Shown here piece after piece: positions 1 through 12,088 of a DNA stretch of 64,000 nucleotides. The stretch comes from Malacoraja senta (Eukaryota): NCBI GenBank assembly GCA_038087875.1, contig CM075988.1, forward strand, positions 24,058,001-24,122,000, read 5' to 3'. Numbering within the stretch: position 1 is the stretch's first letter; each line of letters opens with the position of its first letter. Under the pieces are notes generated by a model. It did not search any database, was not told the origin of the DNA, and saw only the letters and a program-made list of their open reading frames with translations. Position numbers and translations under genes: made by a program.

Positions 1-450
1 ATTATTTTGGACAAACAGCCGAGGTGACATTTATCCCTCAGACAGATCACCAGTGATTCGTAACCGAACACAATTCCTGCAATATTGATGACGTTGTCGA
101 GCACCTTGTAACATGTGAAAAAAGTTGTGGGAAGGGAGACAATATATTTCAAAGGAGGTTTTAAAACTCGAGGAAAATGTTCAACTTCTGCCTGCCAGTA
201 TATGTCTGGATTGGGTATCTGCTCAGTCTGAGACTATCACGCTCACAGATTCAGGCAACAGCTGTTGGGTCCTTGTATTTTTAGTCGACATTTACAAAAC
301 ATAAGAGAGAGGCAGCTGGGGTTGAGGAGAGGCCAGATGATTAATTGCGGCTCAGGACGGTCGTTCCTCGCTAAACTTGTGCAATGAGATTGTCACCCAC
401 ACTTGCCAAGCCAAGTCTGGATGTCATCCAGATCCTGGGTACATGGTGTG

Positions 451-810
451 CAGGAAGGACCTGCAGATGCTGGTTTAAACCGAAGACAGGCACAGAGAGC
501 TGGAGTAACACAGCGGGACAGGCAGCATCTCTGGAGTGAAGGAATGGGTGGCGTTCCGGGTCGAGACCCTCCTTACGACTGAGAATCCGGGGAGAGGGAG
601 ACACAGAGATATGGAAGGGTAAGGTGTGACAATGAGACATCAAAATGGATGAAGTTCAAAGATCGTTGTTGGGTAGGACTCAGTCTGAAGAAGGGCCTCG
701 ACCCGAAACGTCACCCATTCCTTCTCTGCAGAGATGCTGCCTGTCCCGCTGAGTTGCTCCAGCATTCTGTGTCTATCTTCAGTTGAAACCAGCATCTGCA
801 GTTCTGTCCT
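451..810. repeat. Inverted pair of Penelope-like terminal repeats
   Basis: Left arm GGAAGGACCTGCAGATGCTGG...GGGTCGAGACCC mirrored by right arm CTGAAGAAGGG...CCAGCATCTGCAGTTC. Confidence 0.8.
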
Positions 811-1751
811 AAACCATTGTTGACTTGTTGTCCTATCTGCATTTCCAGACTTGCAGATCCGTTAACACTGCACCATGTGAGTTGAGCAATAAATCTCACC
901 CACACGTATTCATTTAAAATGGCCTTAGAACAAGAACAATCAGTTTAAATTGTAAATCGCAGATTAATAGTTTCATTGACGTCCCTTTGTCCCCGTGGGG
1001 GCAAGACCCATGTTACCGCACAAATTAAAAAAAAATGCAAATTGTTGTCTCATTTAATTAATTTAAATGTAATTGAATTAATTTCTTGCTCATTGTGTTG
1101 GCGAACACATTCCCCCCCCCCCCCCCACCCCCCCCATGTGACACAATGGACCTTCAGATATTAAAAGGAAAGATTTTAATCTTAAAACTCTCGACTTTGG
1201 AAGTTTGTTGCTGCCAGGCTGTGGTAAACGTTAGTGGTGTAGTGCAGCAGGTGTAGAGAGGGGGAAGCAGCCAACTCCTCACTGATCCAGCACCCCCACC
1301 CTCCCTATTACCCTTCCCCTGCTGGACGCTCTGCCCCAAATAATGGAGTCTGCTGAGTTTAAGAAAGAACTGCAGATGCTGGAAAAAAAAATCAAAGGTA
1401 GACAAAAGTGCTGGAGGAACTCAGCGGGTGAGGCACATCTATGGAGCGAAGGAATAAGCGACGTTTCGGGTCGAGACCCGGAAGGGTCTCGACCCGAAAC
1501 GTCGCCTATTCCTTCGCTCCATAGATGCTGCCTCAGCTCCATAGATGCTGCCCCACCCGCTGAGAGACTCCCGAGTTGTTGACCGCTTTTGACAGAGGCG
1601 CTCAACTGAGGGGTACGTGTGCCAGTACAAGACTATATAACTCCTCGAGCCTCAAGTTTAGTTTACCTGATGGATACGGCGCGGAAACAGCCCCTTTGGC
1701 CCACCGAGTCCGCACCGGCCAGCTATCTCCGCACAATAAACACTATAGTCA

Positions 1752-2434
1752 TTTCCCTCCCATACCACCCCCTCCCCGGGTACTTTCCCTTGCAACCGCA
1801 AGAGATGCAACACTTGTCCCTTCACCTCCCCCCTCCACTCCATTCAAGGACCCAAGCAGTCGTTCCAGGTGCGACAGAGGTTCACCTGCATCTCCTCCAA
1901 CCTCATCTATTGCATTCGCTGCTCTAGATGCCAGCTGATCAACATCGGTGAGACCAAGCGGAGGCTTGGCGATCGTTTCGCCGAACACCTCCGGTCGGTC
2001 CGCAATAACCAACCTGAACTCCCGGTGGCTCAGCACTTCAACTCCCCCTCCAATTCCGTATCTGACCTCTCTGTCCTGGGTCTCCTCCATGGCCACAGTG
2101 AGCAACACCGTAAATTGGAGGAAATGCACCTCATATTCCGCTTGGGCAGTCTACATCCTGGTGGCCTGAACATTGAATTCTCCCAATTCTGCTAGCCCTG
2201 GCTGTCCCTCCCCTTCATCAGCCATCTGGTTGTCTCCTCCCCTCCCCCAGCCCTCGGGCTCCTCCTCCGCCTTTTCCTTTTTTCCTTTCTTCTCCCCACC
2301 CCCTATCAGTCTGAAGAAGGGTTTCGGCCCGAAACGTTGCCTATTTCCTTCGCTCCATAGATGCTGCTGCACCCGCTGAGTTTCTCCAGCATTTTGTGTA
2401 CCTTCGATTTTCCAGCATCTGCAGTTCCTTCTTT
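1752..2434 (+). mobile_element. Penelope-like element 3' fragment: GIY-YIG endonuclease C-terminus plus terminal repeat
   Basis: Translates GTFPCNRKRCNTCP...RFTCISSNLIYCIRCSRCQLINIGETKRRLGDRFAEHLRSV...VAQHFN...GLN (ORF 1869-2195). 13-bp TSD AACACTATAGTCA at 1739-1751 and 2435-2447, inside a SINE. Confidence 0.9.
2311..2338 (+). ncRNA. Minimal hammerhead-ribozyme-like motif in Penelope-like terminal repeat (representative copy)
   Basis: CUGAAGA-A-GGGU(UUCG)GCCC-GAAACGUU. Also at 685-712, 41052-41079, 42724-42751 and 48701-48728 (+), and 5371-5398 and 30723-30750 (-). Confidence 0.6.
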
Positions 2435-2876
2435 AACACTATAGTCAGGACTGAACCCGGGTCTCTGGCGCGGGAAAGCAGCAACTCTACCGCTGCGCCA
2501 CCGTGCCGTCGAAGCGAGATCCAATTTTTGCTTCATTGGTGAATGATTCTTGGAGGATTCTGGTCTCCACGGTAACCGGTGAGTCAAATTAAAGTCTCCA
2601 TGTCCTTCCTGCACCTTCAATGTAGAAAAAAACACCCCAGAGATGAAATCAAAAGAAATAAAGGCCATTAGTGAGCCTGAACTGTGAAGCATAGGTGCAG
2701 GAAGTAACTGCAGATGCTGGTTTAAACCGAAGATAGAATCAAAATCCTGGAGGAATTCATCCGGGGCAGGCAGGAGAAAAGAATAGGAGACATTTCTTGT
2801 CGAGACCCTTCTTCTGAAGAAGGATCTTGACCCAAAACGTCACCTATTCCTTCTCTCCAGAGATGCTGCCTGACCC

Positions 2877-3375
2877 ATATAACCATATAACCATAACAGC
2901 ACGGGAAACAGGCCATCTCAGCCCTTCAAGTCCGTGCCGAACATTTAAAATTTTTTTTTTTTTTTTTAAATAAATAAATACTTCCCCCATGTCCCATCTA
3001 CCTGCACTCAGACCATAACCCTCCATTCCTTTCCCGTCCATATACCCATCCAATCTATTTTTAAAGGATAAAATCGAACCAGCCTCCACCACTTCCACTG
3101 GAAGCTCATTCCACACAGCTACCACTCTCTGAGTAAAGAAGTTCCCCCTAATGTTACTCCTAAACTTCTGTCCCTTAATTCTCAAGTCATGTCCCCTTGT
3201 TTGAATCTTCCCTACTCTCAATGGAAAAAGCTTATCCACGTCAACTCTGTCTAACCCGCTCATAATTTTAAAGACCTCTATCAAGTCCCCTCTTAACCTT
3301 CTGCGCTCCAAAGAATAAAGACCTAACTTGTTCAACCTTTCTCTGTAACTTAGTTGCTGAAACCCAGGCAACATT
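2877..3375 (-). mobile_element. CR1/HER1-like LINE 3' end
   Basis: LSYRERLNKLGLYSLERRRLRGDLIEVFKI...TRGH...FFTQRVV..WNELP; (TATGGTTA)n tail. Confidence 0.9.
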
Positions 3376-3771
3376 CTTTAAAAATAGATTGGGTGGGTAT
3401 ATGGACGGGAAAGGAATGGAGGGTTATGGTCTGAGTGCAGGTAGGCCCGCTGAGTTACTCCAGCATTTTGTGTCCATCTTCCGTGAAGCAAAGGATTAGC
3501 TCTTTCATCTAGATGAACCAACCTCTGTTTAATTATTTAGCCGCTTAAAGGCCTCACAGGAGAGTTTGTTGTGAGTTCCAAGAACTCTCACCTCCATCAC
3601 GAGTGTCCGTGTCATGTGTTGTCTGAAAGTTTCCAATCACTGAAACCGGACAATTGAGGGGACTCCTTGCACTGGCACCAAGAACGCCAATAGATTTCAC
3701 TGGCACCGGCCACATTTTACAGATGAGTTTGAAACGAGTGGTGTTATCTTTAAGCAACGGTTTGAAATCTG

Positions 3772-4380
3772 CTTCTTCTTGCATATGGCAATAGACAATA
3801 GGTGCAGGAGTAGGCCATTCAGCCCTTCGAGCCAGCACCGCCATTCAATGTGATCATGGCTGATCATCCCCAATCAGTACCCCGTTCCTGCCTTCTCCCC
3901 ATATCCCCTGACTCCACTATTTTTAAGAGCCCTATCTAGCTCTCTCTTGAAAGCATCCAGAGAACCTGCCTCCACCGCCCTCTGAGGCAGAGAATTCCAC
4001 AGACTCACCACTCTGTGAGAAAAAGTGTTTCCTCGTCTCCGTTCTAAATGGCTTACCCCTTATTCTTAAACTGTGGCCCCTGGTTCTGGACTCCCCCAAC
4101 ATCGGGAACATGTTTCCTGCCTCTAGCGTGTCCAAGCCCTTAACAATCTTATATGTTTCAATGAGATCTTCTCTCATCCTCCTAAACTCCAGAGTGTACA
4201 AGCCCAGCTGCTCCATTCTCTCAGCATATGACAGTCCCGCCATCCCGGGAACTAACCTTGTGGCGTGCACAGCCTAAAGTTGGAGGTCAACTTGTTCTAT
4301 TTGATCTTGTTTGTGCACGTTGGGTTGATTGCATTAGTCGAAAGAGGATGGATCACGTGAAGGTTGCAATCTCCCACCCC
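3772..4380 (-). mobile_element. HDV-like-ribozyme-headed short retroposon (copy 3), split by a CR1 insertion
   Basis: Head 4380-4261 with ribozyme motif at 4327-4380. Tail CCATATGCAAGAAGAAG at 3788-3772 (minus strand). Flanking duplication GGTTTGAAAT at 3759-3768 and 4384-4393. Confidence 0.75.
3789..4260 (-). mobile_element. CR1-like LINE 3' end, (ATTGTCT)n tail subfamily
   Basis: LSYAERMEQLGLYTLEFRRMR...RTRGHSLRIRG. Near-identical copies at ~10743-11085(-), 19285-19662(+), 21477-21835(-), 25150-25432(+), 31501-31815(+), 33101-33542(+), 48045-48518(+) and 63915-64000(+). Confidence 0.9.
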
Positions 4381-5303
4381 CATGGTTTGAAATGGCCTCC
4401 TGTGTCTTTGCCCTTCCGTGTTCACCATTCTACAGTTATCAAGCCAAGGAGCCTGTGATTACTAAATATATATATATATGTGTGTGCGTGACCTAGTTAA
4501 GGGCCTGTCCCACTTTCCCGAGTTATTCACAAATTCTCCCGAGTTATTCACGAATTCTCCCGAGTTTTCAAACTCGCAGAATGTTCGTAACGAGCCCGTA
4601 AGAGTCCGTGGATATATAGTAGCAGGCTATTTTTTTACTCGTGGACATTTTTCAACATGCTGAAAAACGTCCCGACTTACCTGATGCCCCGGGTATCCAC
4701 GGCTGGCATAACGAGCCGCTACGATATATCCACGGACTCCTACGGACTTGTTACGAACATTCTGCGAGTTTGAAAACTCGGGGGAATTCGTGAATAAGTC
4801 GGGGATTGAAAGATTGCAAAGATTGCAAGACTGAGATTGAGAGTTTGCCGTGTTTATACAGAGATTTTTTTCCCGCAATCTTGGGACACAGCAAAAGCTT
4901 TGCAGCCTACGATGTTTTTTAGCAGTACAATCGATCGATATTGTGGTGCCAGTCAACCGGAGCATGGCAGGGTTTCACAAATGGGATGCAAAGGAACCAC
5001 GAGATCTGCTGCAGAGAAGCGCAATTATTAGCCAGGGGACCAGGGGAAGCTTTCTTCCACTTCTTCACACTCGCTGTGGGATGTAATGTATCCACCTGAC
5101 AGGTAGCAGAGGCATTGATTTCAAGTTCAAGTTCGCGTTTATCGTCACTTAACCAACTAAGGTACAGTGAAATTCGAGTTACCATACAGCCATACTAAGT
5201 GAAAAGAACAGAATCTGCACATGAAGTAAATGTAACATAAACCTCCACCACAGTGGGATCAACATTCCTCACTGTGATAGAAGGCAATAAAGTTCAATCA
5301 TCT

Positions 5304-5864
5304 TAGGTAGACAAAAGTGCTGGAGAAACTCAGCGGGTGCAGCAGCATCTATGGAGCGAAGGAAATAGGCAACGTTTCGGGCCGAAACCCTTCTTCAGAC
5401 TGATGCAGGGTGGGGAGAAGAAAGGAGAAAGGAAGAGGAGGAGCCCGAGGGCTGAGGGAGAGCTGAGAAGGGGAGGAGAAAGCAAGGGCTACCGGAAATT
5501 GGAGAAGTCAATGTTTATGCCGCTAGGGTGCAGACTGCCCAAGCGGAATATGAGGCGCTGCTCCTCCAATTTCTGGTGGTGCTCACTCTGGCCATGGAGG
5601 AGGCCCAGGACAGAAAGGTCAGATTCGGAATGGGAGGGGGAGTTGAAGTGCTGAGCCACCGGGAGATCAGGTTGGTTAATGCGGACCGAGCGGAGGTGTT
5701 GGGCGAAACGATCGCCAAGCCTACGCTTGGTCTCACCGATGTGGATCAGCTGACATCTAGAGCAGCGGATGCAATAGATGAGGTTGGAGGAGATGCAGGT
5801 GAACCTCTGTCGCACCTGGAACGACTGCTTGGGTCCTTGAATGGAGTCGAGGGGGGAGGTAAAG
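5304..5864 (-). mobile_element. Penelope-like element 3' fragment (GIY-YIG domain plus terminal repeat)
   Basis: ORF 5489-5815 is nearly identical to 1869-2195 (LIYCIRC...HIGET...EHL/QHL...HFN). Confidence 0.9.
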
Positions 5865-6607
5865 CGATAGTTCAGTCATCTACCTCTTTGTTCACCCGTG
5901 GTCGGGGCCTTGAACCCTCCGCACTAACGATTTAATGTCCTGTCTGAAAGATGTTTGTGCAGCTTTCTCTCAGCTTTCTGGATGTCTGTCACCACCGTGG
6001 ACTGACGTCTCGAGCCTCCTCTCTGAATCAGGGGGAAAGGCCTGCTAATGGAGACGCAGCCGACAGCAAATGTGGCAGCTCGCAGTTTCAGTTTAGTTTG
6101 GAGCTACAGCGCGCGAACAGGCCCTTTGGCCCACCCAGTCCGTACCGACCAGCGATCTCCCGGTCGCTACACTCTTTCTGTCCGCCACTCTACGGGCAAT
6201 TCACAGAAGCCAATTAACCTACACGTCTTTCGAACGTGAGAGGAAACCGGAGATCCCGGGGAAAAAAACCCACGCGGTCACGGGGAGAACGTGCAAACTC
6301 CGTAAGGACAGCACCCGTAGTCAGGATCGAACCCTGGTTCCTGGTGCTGTAAGGCAGCAACTCTACCGCTGCCCCACCATGCCGCCCACTACTAAATAAG
6401 GGACGTTTTCAGTGCGTAAGGGATGCTTGCGACAGACATCGATACTTCCCTTTCTAACTTTCTAAAAGAAAATCGCCTTTGAACAAGTTGTCTTTTCTAT
6501 GACCAAAATAATACAGTAATTCTTCCCATTATCAATCCCATTTATCCGGCTATCTGTCTGTGTGTGCTGATTGACTGCTCCTGTTAAGCCGGCAAAGTCC
6601 TACATAC

Positions 6608-7003
6608 CAAAGATCCTATAGTGGAGCAAGATAGACCACTCCTGCTAAATGCAATGGGCTGACGTGTAGTACGCAACGGAGCGGAACCTGGGCCTTTTTT
6701 TCATCCATTTCCGTAACCGGACCCGACCCGACTCGCAGTGTAATCAACGTTGCGGGGGAACAGTTTGTGTCAATAAATTAAAATTCTGAAAATGAGGAGA
6801 AGATTTTTTACCAAATAACTTTTATTTTTACGAGGATGTTTCCGTAACCGGCTTCCGTCTCCGCACGATTATCCTATGGGATCTTTGGTGCGGAGACGGA
6901 AGCCGGTTACGGAAATGGGGTCGAAAATGACCCATGAATCTGCCCATGACCGTACTACGTCTTTTTCGTCGAGTGTCCTATCTTGCTCGCTGTAGGGTCT
7001 TTG
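6608..7003. mobile_element. MITE with 8-bp TSD and CAAAG termini (P-element-like or hAT)
   Basis: TSD CTACATAC at 6600-6607 and 7004-7011. Imperfect ~33-bp TIR CAAAGA(T/C)CCTA(T/C)AG..GAGCAAGATAG..CACTC. Confidence 0.8.
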
Positions 7004-9683
7004 CTACATACTGCATTGACTGGAGATTTGCATTAGTGTGGAGTGCGCGTAATTATTCTTCCTGTTCGCCTTCAGTTGCTGTCAATAAATGGTGGTGTCG
7101 GGGTGAGCGTAGACTTTGGTTCTTTGTGGCATGATTGAATGATTCTGACTGTCAGCCGCCTTTGTGAAGTTGGTCATGACCTGCTTTGAGATGTGTATCA
7201 CCATGAACAAGCGTATGCAGATGATGCATTTTAAGGATGGCCTGCTATTCACCTGCAGAAACTGTATTGACACTGCGAGCATACACGGAATTCTGCTTCG
7301 GCCCCAGAGCAGTTCATGGTCCAGAGATATTCTGTGTCCCTAGTGTGTAGGAGTATCCATAAGTCGGGTGTTCAGAACCTGGCGGGAACCTCGAGTAGAG
7401 TTTAAAAGATAGCTCACAGTTTGTGAACTCTCAGAACTCTTTCCTACTTTCTCTGGATCTTTCTGTCCAGGGCCAGAGTGAGGCCCAACACAAATTGGAG
7501 GAACACCACCTCATATTTCACTTGGGCAGCTTACACCCCCGGGGTATGAATGTGGACTTCGGGAGCCGGGGTCTCCTTGGTTCTTGGTTCTTGGTTTCTT
7601 GGTCCTCCAAAATATTCCAAATGGAATTTAAACTGGAGGTGGTGGAGGGAGGACAGGTAGGAAGCGGCCGGTTCGGAAACTCCAAGCCGTTGAGTGTGTT
7701 CTTCCGTTCCGACGCCGGAGCTCCGATCATCCCGGCCAGAGGCGACTGCGGGGGGCTCAAAGGCCCCGACCACGGGTGAACAAAGAGGAAGATGACTGAA
7801 CTATGGTGCCTTCCCTCACAGTGGGAAACGTTGATGCCGCTGTGTGGGGATGTTCATGTTAAACTCTATCGAGTATTGTGTTGTTTTTATTCGTATGGCT
7901 ATATGGTGACTCAAATCTCGCTGCACCAATTGGTACATGTGACAATAAATGGAACTTGAACTTGACTTCCCTAACTTCAAATAACCCTTGCTTTCCCTCT
8001 CTCTCCATCCCCCTCCCCTCCCCCCTATCCTAGTTCTCCGACCAGCCTGACTGACCTCCTAATTACATCTTACGTTGTCTGCCTCGTTGTCACCTTCCTC
8101 TAGCTAACAATAATCTATCCCGCATTTCCTCAACTTCTTCCACTTTGATCTCTCATCTTCACACCTTACCCTTCCATATCTCTTGTTTCCCTCTCATAGA
8201 AACATGGAAAACAGGTGCAGGGGTAGCCTGCACCGCCATTCAATATGATCATGGCTGATCATCCCACATCAGTACCCCATTCCTGCTTTCTCCCCACATC
8301 CCTTGATTCCGTTGGCCCTAAAAGCTAAATCTAACTCTCTCTTGAATACATCCAGCGAATTGGCCTCCACTGCCTTCTGTGGCGGAGAATTCCACTCTCC
8401 CCTGACTCAGACTGAAGAAGGGTCTCAAGCCGAAACGTCATGATAGCTAGTGATAGCTACGTTAGGTGAAAACTCTTCAGAGCTCAAAGGGTGTTTTTGC
8501 AAACGGAGGAATTGCGGTCCCAGAGAGGCATTAACATAATGCGTTCGCCCTGAGCCTTGTATTCAAACTTAGTGCGAGATTAAAAGCTAAATCCAAAGGA
8601 GACTGAAATCTCAGTAAAGCAGGATTTTCTTGATATAAAACCTCTAAGGGATTGTGGAGGCCGAGTTGGATTATACGGGTGGATTATCGAGGGCGTAAAC
8701 CTGCATCTGCTGTTCCCATCTACACATTTTGTCTGCTCCACTGCAAAATCTCCTCAAGGTACACCTTCTTTGATACATTCTCCTCCTCCAGAGTTGCTGC
8801 TTGACCCGCTGAGTTACTCCAGCACTTTGTGTCTATCTTGCCTTATAGGGGGGGGGCTCGCTAATCCAGTGGCATGTAGTCATGAAGGCTGCATCATATG
8901 GCCCTTCTTTTTCCACCTGCTCCGACACCTCAATCCTGAGGCACGGTGGCGCAGCCTTAAATATATCCACCTGCGGGATGTCGTCTGTATGGTGGTGAGT
9001 AGTCGCCCAAAGTCAAACCTTTTTCTGGTCGCTGCTGGATTTTCAACATGTTGAAAATGTTCGGCCACCATGTTCGGCCACCTGCTGCAACTATGACGGG
9101 TGCCGGCAAGTCGCCAAAAAAAAATCGTACAAGTGGGACAGGCCTTAAGTGAGTCGAGAAGCTGATAATGTTCCCTGACCAGAACAGAACAGCCCGGCTT
9201 AGAATCACTGAGTGGAATCAAATAACAAATCATCAGGATTAAACCCAAGAAATCTGGGTCAGTTGATCCCTTTTTAATTTGTCCTACAGGGATTCATTTA
9301 ATAATTGAATCTTTTATTTTAGTGACGTTTACTCTTCACATTGATGGAGGTTAATGCTGGGAAATGGCATGCACAGATGGGCTGCTAGTTTTAGCTCAGA
9401 GCACTGATCTGCAATCGGAATAATCGCTGAGTAAACAGTCCTTTACCTCCTCCCATCAAACATCCCCATGGCAGATCCAACCTGCCTTCGATGCAGACTA
9501 CAAGCCCGCTCTGTTCTCCAACACACACTCCAGTACCAGCTTCAGCCTTGGTTAAGCATCGTCAGAGACCCACACACCGCCCTGGCCACACACTCATCTC
9601 ACCCACCGCCATCGGGAAGAAGGTACAGGAGCCTGAAAACTGTAAGGTCCAGTTCAGGAACAGCTTCCTCCTTACAGCCATTA

Positions 9684-10005
9684 AACCCCTGTCCCACGGT
9701 ACGAGTTCATTCCAAGAGTTCTCCCGAGTTTGCCCCGATTCGCACTCGGAGATTTACGGTAATGCCTCCGCTCGTCGGTACTCGGGGCTCTCGTGGACAT
9801 TTTTCAACATGTTGAAAAATCTTCACGAGTCTTCCCGTGCTTACCTGCCGTTAGCGAGTCTTCCCGAGTACCTGCCGTTAGCGCTAAGAGACGTCCCCGA
9901 GCTCCGACGTACCCGCTACGTTCATTCTCCATGCTTACCACGAGTTAGATTTTTTTTAAACTCGGGAGAGCTCTTGGAATGAACTCGCACCGTGGGACAG
10001 GGCTA
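9684..10005. mobile_element. PIF/Harbinger-type MITE
   Basis: TIR (A/T)AGCCCTGTCCCACGGT.CGAGTTCATTCCAAGAG; TSD TTA; inserted in a Rex1-like fragment. Confidence 0.85.
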
Positions 10006-10275
10006 TTAGACTGAATTATTAAACACTACCGCCTTCAATAAACTGTGAACTCCAATAGACGGAGCCATTGCTTTTCTCTTTTTGCACTATTATTGTTCGT
10101 TTGTTTTTTTATGTGTACGTATGTGCCCTATATGACCCTATATAGAAAAGGGTCTTGACCTGAAACATCGCCCAGTTCTTTTCTCCAGAGATGCTGCCTG
10201 GCCCACTGAGTTACTTCAGCTGTTTGTGTCTACCTTTGATTTAAACCAGCATCTGCAGTTCTTTCCTACACCTTC

Positions 10276-10435
10276 TATATACACATATATATATATATAT
10301 ATACACACATCCACACCCACACACACACAGTCACACACAACACACACACAGACAGACACACACACACACAGTCACACACACACACAGACACACACACACA
10401 CACCCACACACACACCCACACACACACACACACAG

Positions 10436-10504
<69 letters not shown>

Positions 10505-10610
10505 CACACACACACACAGACAGACACACACACACAGTCACACACACACACACAGACACACACACACACACCCACACACACACACACACACAGTCACACA
10601 CACACACACA

Positions 10611-10687
<77 letters not shown>

Positions 10688-10700
10688 GTATATATACATA
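10276..10700. repeat. (TA)n/(CA)n compound microsatellite
   Basis: Direct inspection. Confidence 0.97.
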
Positions 10701-11994
10701 AATAACACACTGAACTTGTTTTTCCCATTTATTATATTGTTTAGACAATAGACAATAGACAATAGACAATAGGTGCAGGAGTAGGCCATTCACCCTTCGG
10801 GCCAGCACCGCCATTCAATGTGATCATGGCTGATCATCCCCAATCAGTACCCCCGTTCCTGCCTTCTCCCCATATCCCCTGACTCCGCTATTTTAAGAGC
10901 CCTATCGAGCTCTCTCTTGAAAGCATCCAGAGAACCTGCCTCCACCGCCCTCTGAGGCAGAGAATTCCACAGACTCACCACTCTCTGTGAGAAAAAGTGT
11001 TTCTCGTCTCCGTTCTAAATGGCTTACTCCTTATTCTTAAACTGTGGCCCCTGGTTCTGGACTCCCCCCCAAACATCGGGAACATGAAAGTTTACAGTGT
11101 TCTGTGTTTACATATTCTGCTGTGCTGCTGCAAGTAAGAATGTCATTGTTCTATCTGGGACATGGGACAATATGCAACCTTGCTTCGACACAGAGCAGTG
11201 CCTCCTCTATACTGTATGACAAATAATGTCTGGATCCCATTCACCATCTTGCTCAATTACAGACGATGGGCAGAAATATCTCTGCATAACGACACAACCT
11301 TCCTGGTCTTCATGGTCCTCGTGAGTTTAGTCCCTTCAACAGGTCCTGAAAGAGAAATTCCACTCTTCAAGCCAAGCCTTTCAGATAAGTCATGCTGATT
11401 TATAATAAATGATCAAAATATTCCTCTAAATAAGCACAGAATGCGTAATTGAAGATGGGAACATCAGTGAGTCCAGGTCTCATTACCAGCCTCGCTAACT
11501 GCCTTTGCCAATCCACCCATGGAGCAGACAGTTGTGCTGCTACAAGTAAGAATGTCATTGTTCTATCCGGGAACGTGGGACAATAAAACTCTCTTGACTC
11601 TTGACCCTCTGTGAAGACAGATGCAAATGACCGGCCTGAGAACCAGCACTCAAACCTCTCCTACTGATCATTGTTTCTGGTTGCCAATGTGATACGTTCA
11701 TTTCTTGACATTCCCATCCTTTATAAGCATTAAACAACGGGGTCTGCATTGATTTACTTGGCAATATCTTTCCATACACTCTCTGCGAGCCAGCTTCCAT
11801 TTAATTCCACCACTAGTTCTTCCACACACACACTGCGGGTTTCTGCAGGACGGGTGTTTTAGTGTTTGGCGTACGCTTGGTTTATTTTTCATTATTCTGC
11901 CTTGTAAGGTTATCAACAATTACGAGAAAGTGGCGGAGGCCGGACTTTGGGTAATAAATCAGATGGGGGCCTTGTGACAAATTGATGTTTTTTT

Positions 11995-12088
11995 TTTACT
12001 GACCAGGTTATTAACTGAATTTTAATTCCACAGCTGCCGTGATGGGATTTGAACTCAGGTCCCTGGATTATAAATCACTAATCCAGTA
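11995..12088 (-). mobile_element. Ancient tRNA-derived SINE head fragment (SacSINE/DeuSINE-like)
   Basis: Minus strand GAGTTCAAATCCCATCACGGCAGCTGTGGAATTAAAATTCAGTTAATAA contains a B box; family assignment from recall only. Confidence 0.4.

Noticed and set aside
10226..10814. His/Thr- and Cys/Val-rich ORFs (also 40250-40658)
   Set aside because: Translation artefacts of (CA)n microsatellites.
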